Shown: positions 14,129 through 27,600 of the stretch, in pieces | How positions within the stretch are numbered: position 1 is the stretch's first letter | Layout of the letters: every line of letters starts with the position of its first letter | Assembly (NCBI GenBank): GCA_951406725.2 | Contig: OX597816.1 | Location: 125,178,001-125,242,000, forward strand | DNA: 64,000 bases | Direction of reading: 5' to 3' | From: Octopus vulgaris | Taxonomy: Eukaryota | Position numbers and translations under genes: made by a program | The notes under the pieces: generated by a model | Databases searched by the model: none | What the model was told of the DNA's origin: nothing | Seen by the model: the letters and a program-made list of their open reading frames with translations, nothing else

Positions 14129-14885
14129 GTCTGCAGTGAGAGCAGGGGCAGTTTTCTCTATGAAGGCTTTTTTCAGTCGTTCCACTGCTATAGTGTCTTT
14201 ACGACTATTAAGGTCTATAGTGAAATATTTATCCGTGCGTGTAAGATAACGGGAAGTACCTGCATACGGTGCTGCTAATGGAGATTTAACAACATTAATG
14301 TGCACAAAAACGTGAGTCCAAGAAGTAAGGTTTTCCTTCAAAGCAGAGCTAGAAATGCAATTGTCAAGCAAATAAGAGGTTTTAAACAGAAGCGATATAT
14401 TCAAAATTGGTAAAAAAAAAGTGTCGAAGATAAATTAAATTGTTATTACTGAATATGTGTTATTTAATTTGTGAACGGCTTTGCTGCTGTTTGTTTATAT
14501 AGCTTGATTTATCTATCAATCAGTTTCAACTAAGATCGAGACGCGAGTAAAATTAATAATAGGGAAACGGAAACAAAACTTTGGAAACAGCAACGCCGCC
14601 ATAACTTACGTGGAAACCATGAGCGTGCTTTCAAAGGAGATATTCAGAGAAAGTCAACGTAAGATCGTAATACTTCATGTAAAGTAAAGTAAATATAACA
14701 AATAATCCAGAATCCTTGTCCGGTACTGGGTCGATCCCAAAATCTAACCAGTTTGTGCTAGTCACAAGGTCAAACATCTCTGAAAGTTTTATCCGAATCC
14801 ATCCCGTGGTTCTTGAGATATCTTGTTCACGGACAAACAAACACGACTGAAAACAATACCTCCACTTTCGCTAAGGCGGAGGTAA
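13819..14885 (-). mobile_element. composite HINE/DINE-1-like (Helentron-associated) non-autonomous element
   Basis: Minus-strand start TTACCTCCGCCTTAGCGAAAGTGGAGGTA (hairpin) then (TTTG)n and GATATCTCAAGAACC; segment 13996-14033 is repeated at 14701-14739. Confidence 0.55.
14128..14345 (-). pseudogene. Gypsy/Ty3 integrase C-terminal (GPY/F) fragment
   Basis: HVFVHINVVKSPLAAPYAGTSRYLTRTDKYFTIDLNSRKDTIAVERLKKAF matches PL..PY.GP..V..R..K.FTI..NG....VS.DRLKPA. Confidence 0.8.
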
Positions 14886-16249
14886 AGAGGTTGAAATTTA
14901 TTATAGTTCTTCAACAGTTTTATTTAGGCTCTCTTTGTTCTTTCGAAGATCTGTGAAATTCTATGCCCTGCCGTTGGCTATGTGATGGTGATATAATTAA
15001 TTGGCTTTAATCCGGGTTCCTTAAAAATGCCCCTTATTTTCAATCTGTAGCGCCTTATGATTTACCTTATACTCCTTATTGCTTCATGATTATGGTTAGA
15101 AATGCTTCCTTGGGCCTCTAGGGAGTTGATAACTGGATTGTAACCTGATTACTAAGAGTGACACAACTCAATGTCAAGCAAAGTACGTGAATGGCACTAC
15201 TGTGGTAGCAGTAACAATCTCCCGACCTACCATTAGTATACTAGGAAATCGTTGATGTTGCTGCGGATGTTATGTCAGAAGCTTCCTTGCTATATTTTCG
15301 ATTTTCTCACTACAGTAGAACATTCTCAAGTAGATTTTACTCCTATAAATGTACCAGTTCTAACTTTGGTCTATGTCTGAAACACCAGTTTGGTTTCAGA
15401 TATCATTACAATATAACATCGATGCATATCCATCTGACCATATTTACTGGTCATTTCAGCGCTCACAACTTGCTATAATTAATCAAAACGTTGCAACGGA
15501 TAAAAGGTACATAACAACAAAAGATATATGTCTTCTTCAATGACTACCGTAACTTGAAAAACCCTCTTATCTCCTTACCGTACAATCCTCATACTTCAAC
15601 CACAGTGACGCTTTTTCACACAAAAACTCGGCAAATACTTATTCTATCTACTAAAAGTTATCATTATATGCAAAATATATCGATATATCGTCGCAATGTT
15701 AAAGAACATATATATACTCATAACGTGAGAAAGTGGAAAAACAGCGGTATGAAGATTTGAATAGAAAGAAAACAACACAAAGCAATTTCAGTAAATACAA
15801 TTGATTCTTATTAAATTAGACATATTACTCGTGATCATTACACACAAAATATATTATCTAAAATCATGCAAATGTACGAGAATAAAGAACTAATGTACGC
15901 AACCCATATCAAGTAAACAAAATGACACAAACTTTCGAATAAGAACAAAGCAAAGCGTTAAGACTTGAAATAAATCAATGCTATTCAAAAGTAAATCAAA
16001 ATCACATAAGTGTATAGATAAAACAATCTGGATAACATATAAACAACATACAAATGGCTGATTCAGAGTGTATAATGTATTTCGTAGTTCGGTTTATTGC
16101 AATAAGACATTTATAAAGTAACACGATTTTCAGAGGTACTGTTTCTACAAATGATTAACTTACAAAAAAATAACTCGTTTTATTGTAAGCATTTAAAATA
16201 ACATCTAAAACAAGAACAAAAGTAAATGGGAATATGCTGCAATGAACAC

Positions 16250-17620
16250 TTGACTAAAATGTTACATTCATATTCCACCACAAACTAATAACTAACATAG
16301 AGTAATACAATGAAAAACTCGTAAGAGTTGAAGAGGAAATGTAGGCGAAAATGCGAGGGCAAAATCTATTGGAACAAACGAATATACGGAGATTTATAAT
16401 AATCAAAGATAAGATGAGAAACAACTGACAAAAATCACACAGAAGGAATACTTGCGAAAAAAATATAAATGAAGAGCACAAAAAATATGAATTAAATATG
16501 AACTACCGTAAATCAATACAAGATTCACAACAGAGCTCAACATGTATGAAATATAAGACTACGAAAGATGGTTAAATAGAAAAAAAGGACCAAAGTTACA
16601 AAATAAGATTGGAAACAATGGACATAGTCTTGGATACATTCAAGAGGCAAGACCTCAACAAAAGTATTAAAGTAATACTCAACTTTCAATCGACAGCAAA
16701 GTGAATAAGAACACATTAAAACACAGTTGAAATGAAGGAGGATCTAGTAAGTATCAATAAAGTAAACAGAAAAGTGATGAAAATCGATTAACATTGACGA
16801 AACGAATTATCTGCTATAGCAACACTCATACAAGCAGTTATACTAAAGGATATATATATAACTATAACATAGATAGGCAAAAGAAACTGTCACAGAAACA
16901 AGCTATCCATGTGCCAACAAACCGAGTGGTCTAAGCTATGCAGAAGCTATAGAGATAAATAGAACCTTGCTTTGAACCCATTAAGACCCTTCTCAGCACC
17001 GATCTCAAAAACAGAAAGGAAACATCCATATGGACACGAAAGAAAAACATATCTTTACTTAGCAAAATACGGAAAGAAGGATCCAGCACGTAAAAAAGGA
17101 AAATAAATTCAGAAATTGTATAAGATCAATAAACATGACACACTGTAAGGAAATGATACGTGTATGTAAATCGTTATCAAAATATATCATACAAAGAATA
17201 TTCTTGTATCAAGAATGATCAAAGCATACTGGAAAGGAAGATAAAACAAAACCAATCAACACAATGCAAGAATTCAACAATGGATCAAAAAGGAAGAAGG
17301 AACGTATAATACGTAGCAAGTATAGTCAACAATAACCAGCATCGAACTCCGAAACGGCATATATTTTGAGCAATCAACACCCGGCAGTAGAACACATTAC
17401 GCAATCCACAAAGCTGATTAGTAACACGAGTCCAACAAAGCCCAGAAACATATACTTCACTGACGAAAGCTAAGAATAAAGGAGCACAGCAAAAAGTATC
17501 TCAGATAAAAATGAAACAGGCGTGGCATAAGAAAATGTCAACATCAACAAAATGTCACATCACTCAGAAAATGGAGATGTACCCGATGGTAACAAAACCG
17601 GTCACATAACACTGTCGAGA
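16250..17620 (+). pseudogene. highly decayed R4/Dong-like non-LTR retrotransposon
   Basis: A-rich sense strand; remnants AINT..AV (~17370) and KMKQAWHKK (~17510) in the same order as in 40885-41925. Confidence 0.4.
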
Positions 17621-17736
17621 AAATGATAAATGAAAGCACCCACGGATATAGCTTTACCTACCTTACACCATCAATAATACACAGGCAATCGATTGTATAA
17701 AACCTGTGAGAAAATAATATCAATAACAACAACAAT

Positions 17737-17745
17737 AGTAGTAGC

Positions 17746-17807
<62 letters not shown>
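17737..17807. repeat. (TAG)n microsatellite
   Basis: Directly visible. Confidence 0.95.
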
Positions 17808-17808
<1 letters not shown>

Positions 17809-17833
17809 TCTTATTGGACACGAGTGACAAAGA

Positions 17834-18912
17834 CCATTTAAGATATTACGAAGGCAACGACAGAGAGGTTTTAGAAAAATAAACAAAAAAGAAAGAAAGG
17901 TTACTAAAAAGTTTTATCCCAGGAGGGATAAAATGCTCTCAGAGGTAACCAAAAATTCTACTTAAGTCAACCTACTTAACAAGAGTATCGATAGCGAGCT
18001 CCGTCTAACACGTGAGAGCAGCTATTCGACATAAATCTGCAAGTCAACAAAGGTGAAGTATTCAATAAGTGCGAGCAAAATTCTTTTGTCACTCTACGCA
18101 CATCTCGGGTAAGCGTGGATGACAGCACTATTATGCCTGTAGAGTTTATCTTAAATCCGTAATGCTTCCTCACCCCATCAGGTAAGACTTGGGGATCAGC
18201 GATTTATGGTAATTATCAATTCACACCGGCCCAAGATCAACCGGCAAAAAAGACAATTTTCATCGACGTTCTAAGTGTCAGCTAGAACAATGTCGCTTTG
18301 ATCCACTACTAATCGTTTATAGGACATGGTGGAACAAATACCTGCCGCTTTGGACAATAGGTAGAGAGATGTGAGTGCCTGATAGCAGTATAGATGCTAG
18401 TCATCCTCTCTTATCCTACACCTGATGCAGCACTGCATCTCTAACAGAAATGCAGGAAAGCAAGTCTAACAAACAGCGAACGTACCTGCTCACAGTCAAG
18501 GTAACGTTGGAGATGTCGTATAGTTGAGCGTCATCAGTCACGGTATGTCCTGTCCTCCACGCAGTTGATATTCATAACAAATTGTCGGTGTGATCAACTG
18601 AAAACGTCCTGTTTGCAGAAAGCAAAGGAGCAAGCTTTCCATTCTGATCACCCAGCTAGAATGGTGTATACGTTATAAGTATGCGACCGAAGGTTGAAAT
18701 GCACGTCGAAGAGGGGACACTTACTATGTTGTGGGGACACTTACTATGTTACACCATCGTTAAGGAAGGTGACTCGTAATTTGTGAGGTCTCTTTTTTTA
18801 CCCCTGAGAGTATTTTATCCCTGCTGGGATGAAATGTTTTGGTAATCTTTCTTTCCATTTTGTTTATTTTTCTAAAACCTCTTTGTCGTTACCTTTGCTA
18901 TGTCCTAAATGG
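17834..18912. mobile_element. ~1.08-kb unit bounded by ~115-bp diverged inverted repeats
   Basis: 17834-17948 is the reverse complement of 18798-18912 (e.g. GAGGTTTTAGAAAAATAAACAAAA). Confidence 0.7.
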
Positions 18913-20117
18913 AAAGACGCATGCCACGATGCTGACGCGGTTAATATATGACGGATGCTACGCAATGGCTTTCTACTGACAACCAACAGGTCCTTCTCTT
19001 GGTCCTTTGTAGGTATGATTGTCTACCCTACCATCATCTCTTTGTCCATCTGCAGAACTAGGTCAAACAACATTCAAGTAATTTAACCAGTCCGTCCGTC
19101 CAGTACCTTACAATCATTTTGGATGGCATGAAACTGTCTCTCCAGTTGACGATATGTAGGCCCTATCACCACCACATACTCCCTTACAGTAGTGTATGAC
19201 ACATACACAAGAAAATACTTGAGGCGAAAGAAACGCAATTTTACATGCAAACAATAACAGAATTGTCAATTTGAAATAAAACTCTTATAATAAAAATATA
19301 AAATATTTCTATGGATGAATCAATGGATATTGAAACCGATAAATAATTTCGTAATTCGAATATAATGTGAATTCATTACATAAAGAATATCACAATGTAC
19401 AGTTGACTACAGAACATAAATAGCTTGATTACAAAATAATCCATCTTATAATATCAACTCAAACTAGAATCTCGTTTATAAGAGGACACAAAATTCATGA
19501 ATATTGTATCGAAGAATCTCATAAAGAAGAAAAAGGTGAGAGAGTATATTATTATAAATAAATAGTGACTGTACAGAGATTTGAAAGAAACCAAATGTTA
19601 AATATAAGAAACTCATTCGATTAATCTTTTAAAGCAGAAATGGAAGTGAAGGCATGTATTTGATAAGGTCACGAAAAGTGACGGAAGGATTGACAAACAA
19701 CCCATTGATTGTTTCATCAGCAAATTAAGCAAACAATCGGTTAGTTGGTTAGACATTTAATCAATAGATTAACAATAAAGAAAGTAAAATTGAATTAATG
19801 CGTGTGTTGTTATATGCGTAATGACCCTCCCACGACTAATACTAAAACTACTGTTGCTACTATCAGTGCGACTGCCACTACTACTACAATTACACAGAAC
19901 AACAATTTTGTTTTTAATTTTCTGTTGCATGAGATTATTTACTGATTCTCTCTTTTTGGGTCTAATTTCAAATCTGTAACCGGTTTTGCTTTTCATGTTC
20001 ATAGTTTTCTTGCAATTTGAAGATTAACATTTTATACATTTATAGTTAAATTTGACACACCGAGTTACATAAATCCTACCTACAAAGAATTGATAATTGT
20101 CATTTTTGAGATATATC

Positions 20118-22673
20118 ATGGCTTCTTCAAGTAGACATAAGGCTGATGGCTTTTGCTAAGTCTGTGATTCCTTCACATTTATCCGTCAAAGGTGCAATAT
20201 CATATTGTTTGCGAGTCAGGCCTATAAAGCCTATTTTGGAATTCCCCTAGGTGATCAAGACAAAAAAATGGGCCTCTCATGTTTCGAGGAAATGCTTCGT
20301 AACTGGACAAAATGAAAACGAAAGGGCCTGCTATTTTAAGTCCCTATGGTTTGGCGAGAGCCCGTAGGCCACACAAGTGACTGTTATTTTGTATTGTCAA
20401 CACATAAAGCATCGACAAGAAAAATAGGTATAAAATATCTTATCCCAATACTCCTTCATCAATTAGACCTATTGTTAAGACTGAGACACTCCCGATTCCA
20501 GTTATCCTTGGGTTTACCTCTTCCGAAGATGAAGGTTAATGAACAAGAGCACGAGAATGATAAAGATGAAATTATTTCAAAATTCCAAAACTCCTCTTAT
20601 GGTACCGAAAAATGAACTCCTCAACAGTTTATCCAAACAGGATTGAATGATTTAGTGCGTGATTTGGGACTCGCCAAGACTGCAACTGCTGTTCAAGCAT
20701 CCAGACTGCTAAAACAAAAAAGACATCTACTTGACAAAACTGCAAAAGTTTCTTCTTTTCGTAAACGTGACCAGATTTCTGTGTAATTTTTTTTCAGAAG
20801 AAAACTATTCTCTTTGCTGCCATGACATTCCTGGTCTTCTCCAGGAATTAGGAATCCCCTCTTACAGTTCAATTGACTCGCAATTATTTCTAGATATTTC
20901 TAAGTGCAGCCTAAAGTGTGTTCTCCCACACAATGTCAATGGTTATGGAGCTCCCCTACTTGGTCTCTCAGTGCATTTGTAGAAAGAATACAATGACATA
21001 AAAAAGGTTATTGAGCAACGGAAGTATCATGAGCAGAACCAGACTGGTTATGTAGATTTGAAAATGGTTGATTTACTTTTCGGCCAACAGAAATGTTTCC
21101 CATAGAATCCTTGCTATCTCTGGATGTGGGACAGCCGAGCTTAAGAGAAACATTGGGTTCAGAAGAAGTGGCCCATTCTTGAGATTTTGGAGGCAGGCAT
21201 ACGAAATATTGTGAATGATCCAATTGTTAGCCGAGAAAAGATTATTCTTCCATCACACCATATAAAGCTGGGCTTGACGAAGTAATTCACTAATGCATTG
21301 AATACTGATGGTGTATGTTTTCAACATACAGTCTCTGTATTTCTTGGTTTGTCATTCGAGAAGATCAAAGCAGATATGTTCGACAGACATCAGCTTCTGG
21401 CCCTCGTACGTGATGAGGAATTTGTCGGAAAGATTCGTAGCAGTCATAAAATTTTTTTCTTAGAAACAGAAAAGCAGATGACTATGCTGTCAGCTTTCCA
21501 TGATCTTGGGTGTAACATGAGCGTTAAACTCCATTTCCTCCACAATCAACTCGATCAATTTCCTGAAAACCTTGGAGATGTAAGTGATGAACAAAGGAAG
21601 TGCTTCCATCAAGACCTTAGGACCACGGAAGTGCGTTATCAAGAGCGATGAGACAAAAAAATAATTTAGAAGACTACTGCTGCAGCATTAAACAAAACTT
21701 CCATGAGAAAGTCTACAAACGCAAGAGCTTCAGCACACAAATTTTATCCTGATTAAGACCTATGTGTGATTATCTTCCATCCTAATGAGTTTCTCAACTA
21801 TGTACACCTGTCATCTGTATATAATATATATTTTTTACTGAAAAGCAGATGGCGAAAAAACTGGTGCACAATAACAACTATTTTACTCAGTATCAGAAAA
21901 AGAATTATTGCTTTTATAGTCTAATTCTTATTGTGGTATTTTAACTCGTATATATGAATAAAGCTAGAATCTCAATGCATAGATATTTGTTCTTTGTCAC
22001 CTAGTTCGAAGATAGTATAAGAAGATTATCATAGGGATTACATCATATCTCTGGAAATACTTGAAATTCAGAAAATATAAGATATAAAAAAACTTTAAGT
22101 ACAAAAAGTCTAGAGCTTACAGAGAAAACTTCATATTAGAATTGGGTAAGATATGCCATAATATATATCTGGAAGATCCTGGAAGGACTTGTCCCAAACT
22201 TTGGCATCGAGCGTCACACAAATGCCAGAACCGGGCGCCACTGCGTAGTACCAAGGACTCCAAATTTGCCATCAAGATGTAGGACAAGCTATTGTGATAG
22301 CCTGGGCTTCAGAGGCCCACAGCTCTTCAATATCCTCCCAAAGAACCTGAGGGACCTGCATGGTGTAGATGCGAATGTCTTTAAAGTAGGACTGGACCTC
22401 TTCCTGTCAGGTGTCCCGGATGAACCAACTTCACTGCAGGAGGTGCAGATGAGGGCAGCTGCATCGAACTCTCTCATGCATCAGATGGCGTGTGCTAAAA
22501 AGCATCCGTGAGGTAAAATCGTGTAGCAAACCAAATGGCGGTGCCCCAGCATGGCCACAGCTCATTAGCTGAAACTGGAAAAATCAAAATCAAAAATCAA
22601 ATCAATTCAACATACTCAGATTAGGTATTTGCAATTGTTGATACCAATACAACAAAAAATTTGTTGGCCAATG
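20118..22673 (+). mobile_element. decayed Chapaev3-like (CMC) DNA transposon; pseudo-transposase at 20118-21752
   Basis: YFGIPLGDQDK; PMVWREP..HTSDCYF; LNDLVRDLGL; HIKLGL; MSVKLHFL..LDQFPENLGDVSDEQ..FHQD; right end TTGTTGGCCAATG (CACTGG-like TIR). Superfamily name is from memory. Confidence 0.75.
22144..22603 (+). mobile_element. 5'-truncated CR1-group LINE 3' end inserted in the Chapaev-like element
   Basis: YAIIYIWKILEGLVPNFG...GPQLFNILPKNLRD...FKVGLDLFLSGVPDEP...AAASNSL; (AAATC)n tail; AATT on both flanks. Confidence 0.85.
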
Positions 22674-22675
22674 TT

Positions 22676-22887
22676 GATGAGGTGGCAGAACTGTTAGCAC
22701 GTCGAACAAAATACTAAGCAGCATCTTCTTTGTCCCTACATTCTGATTTCATATTCTTCTGTGGCTGACTTTGTCATTCATCTTTTCAGAATCGAAAGGA
22801 TGAAAGACCTTGAGCACTGAGGTCGACGTAATTGGTTTATCTCCACCCCATAAATTTCAGGCCTTGTGCCTAATATAGAAAATATTA
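22676..22887 (+). mobile_element. SINE family A, diverged copy
   Basis: Similar to 23053-23280. Confidence 0.75.
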
Positions 22888-22913
22888 ATATGATGATGAT
22901 GAGTATTACTATT

Positions 22914-23375
22914 AAAGCAGCGAACTGTCTGAATCGGAAGCACACTAGACTCTATAATTAGCGGCATTTCGTCCATCTTTTCAGTCTATATCGAAATTAC
23001 ACAAAGGTCGTCCTTGTTTTTCATTCTTTTGAAGTCAATAAGTTAAGTATCAAATGCGGCGAGCTGGCAGAAACGTTAGCATGCCAGGCGAAATACTAAG
23101 CGGTATTTCGGCAATCTTTATGTTCTAAGTTCAAATTCCACCGAGGTCGACTTTGTCTTTCACCCTTCCGGGGTCGATAAATTAAGTACCATTTGTGTAC
23201 CGGCATCGATCACAATCTAATCGACTGATCCCATCCCCAAAGAATTTCGGACCTTGTACTTAGAGTAGAAAAGAAGAAGATAAGTATCAGTCTAGTGCTA
23301 GGTTTGAAGTTATCATTTATCTCCCTCTCACGAAATTAGTGGGCTTGTGCCCAAATTTGAAAACGTTATTATTAT
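22914..23375 (+). mobile_element. SINE family A copy interrupted by a younger family A copy (23053-23280)
   Basis: 9-bp TSD TAAGTATCA at 23044-23052 and 23281-23289; the host SINE resumes after the insert. Confidence 0.85.
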
Positions 23376-26300
23376 TGTTGTAAGGTAGCGAGTTGGCAAA
23401 CACACAAAATACATGAGGAGAAAGACCTTCAAAATGGAGAGTTCAACTTGGATTGGGCATTTGAGGGTCCCTACCATGCCTCACTTTGAAGAGAATCAAT
23501 TCACTCCTCGAAGGAAAATGGATGGAGTTGTGGTCAAAGACCACAGTGGATATCGTCTCCCTATTCAAACTAGAGGAAGTGGAAAAGTTCACCACGTCTA
23601 ACCCTCCTGCCCAATGGAGTAGATTTCCGTGTTGTGATTGATGTCAGTAGGCCAAACCGGTGCCTGTTCTGAGCGAAACGATCATTGTTTGCTCAATAAA
23701 AAGCGTTAGAGAGGACTTCAACTGCTGTCGACACCGTAGTCACAAAGGCAGCAAAAGTGTACAAGAGTGACACAAGCTGCAGCAGTGAAGCAGTCAACAA
23801 CAAAGACAGTAGTATTCACCCCAAAACTAACAATTGTAAGAACAGGAAGGCGAGCAGCAGCAACAGCGACATCCAGGATAGCGAATTCTAAATCCACCAT
23901 CCAGGAAAATATCTATCCAAACCCCCTTTCTATTATTCCTCCTTTCGCTTCGACTTTTTGGAATATATACATAGATACGCAAGCAAGCATCTCTCAACTC
24001 CCTCTCGCCTCAGATATACCTAATCTGAAATATCATCTTGCGGGATGTAACAGCTTAGCGAATAGAAGAAAAGACAAACGAATTTTTTAAAAAGTACTTA
24101 TGATCTGACCGAGTCACATAACTCCATCCAGGAATGGCTTTTGGTTGTTGATTTTAGCGAAATGTCTTGGACGAGACTTTTCCTGATGTTTCAGTATACT
24201 TATATTGAGATTGTTACCTTTACAAGAGGTGTGAGTTACCATTGTTGTGGATATTAATGAAGTTAATCATCCTTCTTAGTATTTTACTGCTAGTTCACGT
24301 TTCATGTTGTCTATAACTGTTTGTTAATTTACTGTTTTTCTATAGGATTTTTTCCTGTTTCCTTATTTAGTTGTTTGATGCTGAGTTTTATTGCATTTGT
24401 CTATAGTTTTGGTATATTGTGTTTGAGGTTGTCACTAGATTTCATGAGGTTAGCTAATTCTGATGTGTAATTAGGGATATACTTTAGTATGTTGTCTTGT
24501 ACAATATTTCACTTATACGCGCCGATGATTATTTTGTGAAATGTATTTACTGCAATGTTTTTTGTAGTGACTGTGTTGTCGCTGAATTCTTAATTTATTT
24601 TTATGAAACTTGCTGTATTGCGTTATGTTTTCAGGTGTTGGTAAAAGTATTATGTTTTCTTCATGTAATGATGTTAGTTAGTAGGTGATAGAAGGAACAT
24701 TGTTGAACAGTTTGCCAAATTTTTGTGGTGGTCAGCTCTGTTGCAAAATGGAATACCTGGAAAAATTTTGTTGTAAATGACGATCTGTTAATATATGTAA
24801 GTGTAAGTGTGGATGATTAAGATGTGAAGTGATTCTCGGAGTGATGCCTTGTTGAATGAACTGGGAACTCACCCAATGACGGTATTCGTGGGAGTGTGGA
24901 AATGTGGTTGTGAGTGTGTGAAAGTGTATTTATAAATTTGGTTGGAAAAAGATTGACCGTGTTTGTTGCATAAAAGGCTTCATTGCCATTTTTCCAGCTT
25001 TTTTTAAAAATTACACTTAACTTGGACGGGATTCGTTCCGTACACACGTTATACACACGTTATCAACAATGAACTATAAACATTTATATTACTTTACAAA
25101 ATTTCAATGACTTCAGAAGTCACTGAATATTCAAACCAACAAAAATATCTTCTGCTTCATATTTCAGTTTATAATAGAACAAGTAAACAGAGGAAATATA
25201 TTAGAAAATTCTTATTGTGCTGTTCATTACATAGCAGGTGTATGTAAATATTGTTAGCTAACAATTGAATATCTTCAAGTTGATTTCCCTTGTCAGTATG
25301 GTGCAGGGAAGATAAGCCGTACTTTGTCTAGCGAAGATGCTAGTTCTCTCACTATATGCGATTACTATGTTCTTTATAGTCTCACTGTTCTCAAAGGCGA
25401 ATTCTACAAATTATTATTTGAAACACGCTTTATTTATATTTGTTTTTCTAGTAGGAGATGATGCAATATCTTTACAGCTATTGCCTTCTCTACAACGATA
25501 CTGTTGGAAGGAAAATAGCTTTAAACCTGAAATTTGGCGCGAATGCTTACAACAGAGCGAACCACGATAAAGATACTCACGGTACCAGGTGGTGGTGTTA
25601 AATCGGGCGATGTATTAATAAATTTACCACCCAAGTAGGGCCAAGCGAGATTTGAAATCGAAAAGAGGTGGGACAGATGTCACAAGCTATCCATTCCGAC
25701 GTTCTTATAGTTCTGCTCATCACATACCTGGGCTGGTGTGCTCTATCGACTTTGAAAAAATGACAGGCAAATGTTATCTCCGTGAGATAAAATGGTGAGG
25801 GATTTTCAGAACAATCTACTTCGTATTGGTATTTTAATATTATTATATTTTTTATTTCATGTTTACAATGGGAAACGAATAGTTTTAGAAGCATTTAAAA
25901 ACGATATTGCACCTGTGGCATCTGAAGGGTATTGGCTGCCATTGACTTTCCTTTTCTGGTAGTGTTGACAAGTTTTGAACGTTGTAGAATTATCATTTGA
26001 CTATTATTATAGGCGTGACCATCCTCTCTTTTCAGGGACAATATAGTCAATATTCGTATATTTATCCTCATTGGTCTGGCTTAATATATTCTGTATTTGT
26101 GTATTCCATGATTATGACCAGTTTTAACATGATGTGGTAGTTTCTGTGGAACACCTTAATGTAATTTCTTGTTGGAATGTAATTGAGTTTATGCTGTATT
26201 ATTTACGTTTCGTGTTAATTTACCTGATGTGATTATAGAAGATATGCGTTCTGTGGTTTATGCTTATAATATTTCGTAGCACATCTGTTGAATACGATTC

Positions 26301-26499
26301 GGATGAACTGATCTGATTGATCTGGTGCATGAAGTATACTGCAGATGCTGTTTATATATGAGTTAATATCGTGCACGTTTATTGGATAGTAATTCTGCAG
26401 AATATCTTCTGTGAATTGCCATTTTACTTTGTGAGGATTTGGATCAGCATGCGTTGCTTGGGGTAGAAGCAAATAAACTGTGTGAAATGAACCTACAAA

Positions 26500-27600
26500 A
26501 TTGAAAATGCATTATGGAGGTGCAGTGTGTATCTTGGGTGGCTTTCTTTGATTTATATAGATGTGTCATGTATAAGATGTTTTATGTTGGTAGTGATAAT
26601 GTTCTTCCCAAGTATACCTATTACTCCAGTATTTATTGGTGCTGTTTTGACACCCAAGACCCACAATCTGTTTATTTGCTTTTCATGATATTTGTACTCT
26701 GAAACGTGAACACGGCTATCGATTTAGTCGTACCTCTATGTATACTTTAATTTTTTTTTTCAGACTAGATTGCAACAGGGTATGTGTGCGAATCTCTTAT
26801 GAAGTGATTGAAATGTGTATCGTTCGTGTTGTTATGTTTAGCATGTGCAGTCAGACCTTCACATTCTGTTTTTAGCTGAGATTTCACAATAACGTTTCTG
26901 TTGAATACTGCAAAATACTGCAAAATATTGTTCAGGAAGTAAGTTTACTTTTCGGTTTTTCTTTTGTATACTTTGAAATTTCGTTTCATACTGTCGATAT
27001 TAATTCCAGTGTGGTGGTAAAGATACACTACTAGTAATTTCCTGAGTTCGTTTCAAAACACTTGACGTCTAATTTATATTGGAAATGCTTAAATTTATAC
27101 TTGTTGACTACAGTATTTATATATATAATCTATAAATAACATTGAATGCAGTCTTTGCTATTAGGATAATTCTTCTTTGTTACACGTTTGTAATTAATGC
27201 TTCCATTTCAGACTGTGATAGTTTATTAGTTTCTTCTTTTCATATTTCTCTGAATGGTTCTTATTCAATCCTCAGATAAGTCTTAGATAAGTATAATCAG
27301 TTTCCACTAATTTGCTTTTCCTTAAGATACCTCTAAAATATTTCTCTAGTCCAATACTAAAATTTAAACAGACCGAATTCGTGAACAATAAATTTTTAGT
27401 AGGTTCTCCATTTGCTTAGTGTCAGTTGTGAATGATTTTTACACATCTTTTTAAACGAAAACTTTTCAAATTTGTAGCACCTCTATCTATTAGTAATTTC
27501 AATGTACAGCAGTTTTAATATAGCCAATGTTAGACAGATGAACAGACGTTAGAAGGAACTTTCTGAACAGATTACACTTCTTATGACTAGAACTATGTTT
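26500..27600 (-). pseudogene. decayed R4/Dong-like RLE retrotransposon
   Basis: Minus-strand remnants YTYL, RKLLVVY, LKTECEGLTAHA and INRLWVLGVKTAPINTGVIG in the expected order. Confidence 0.55.
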
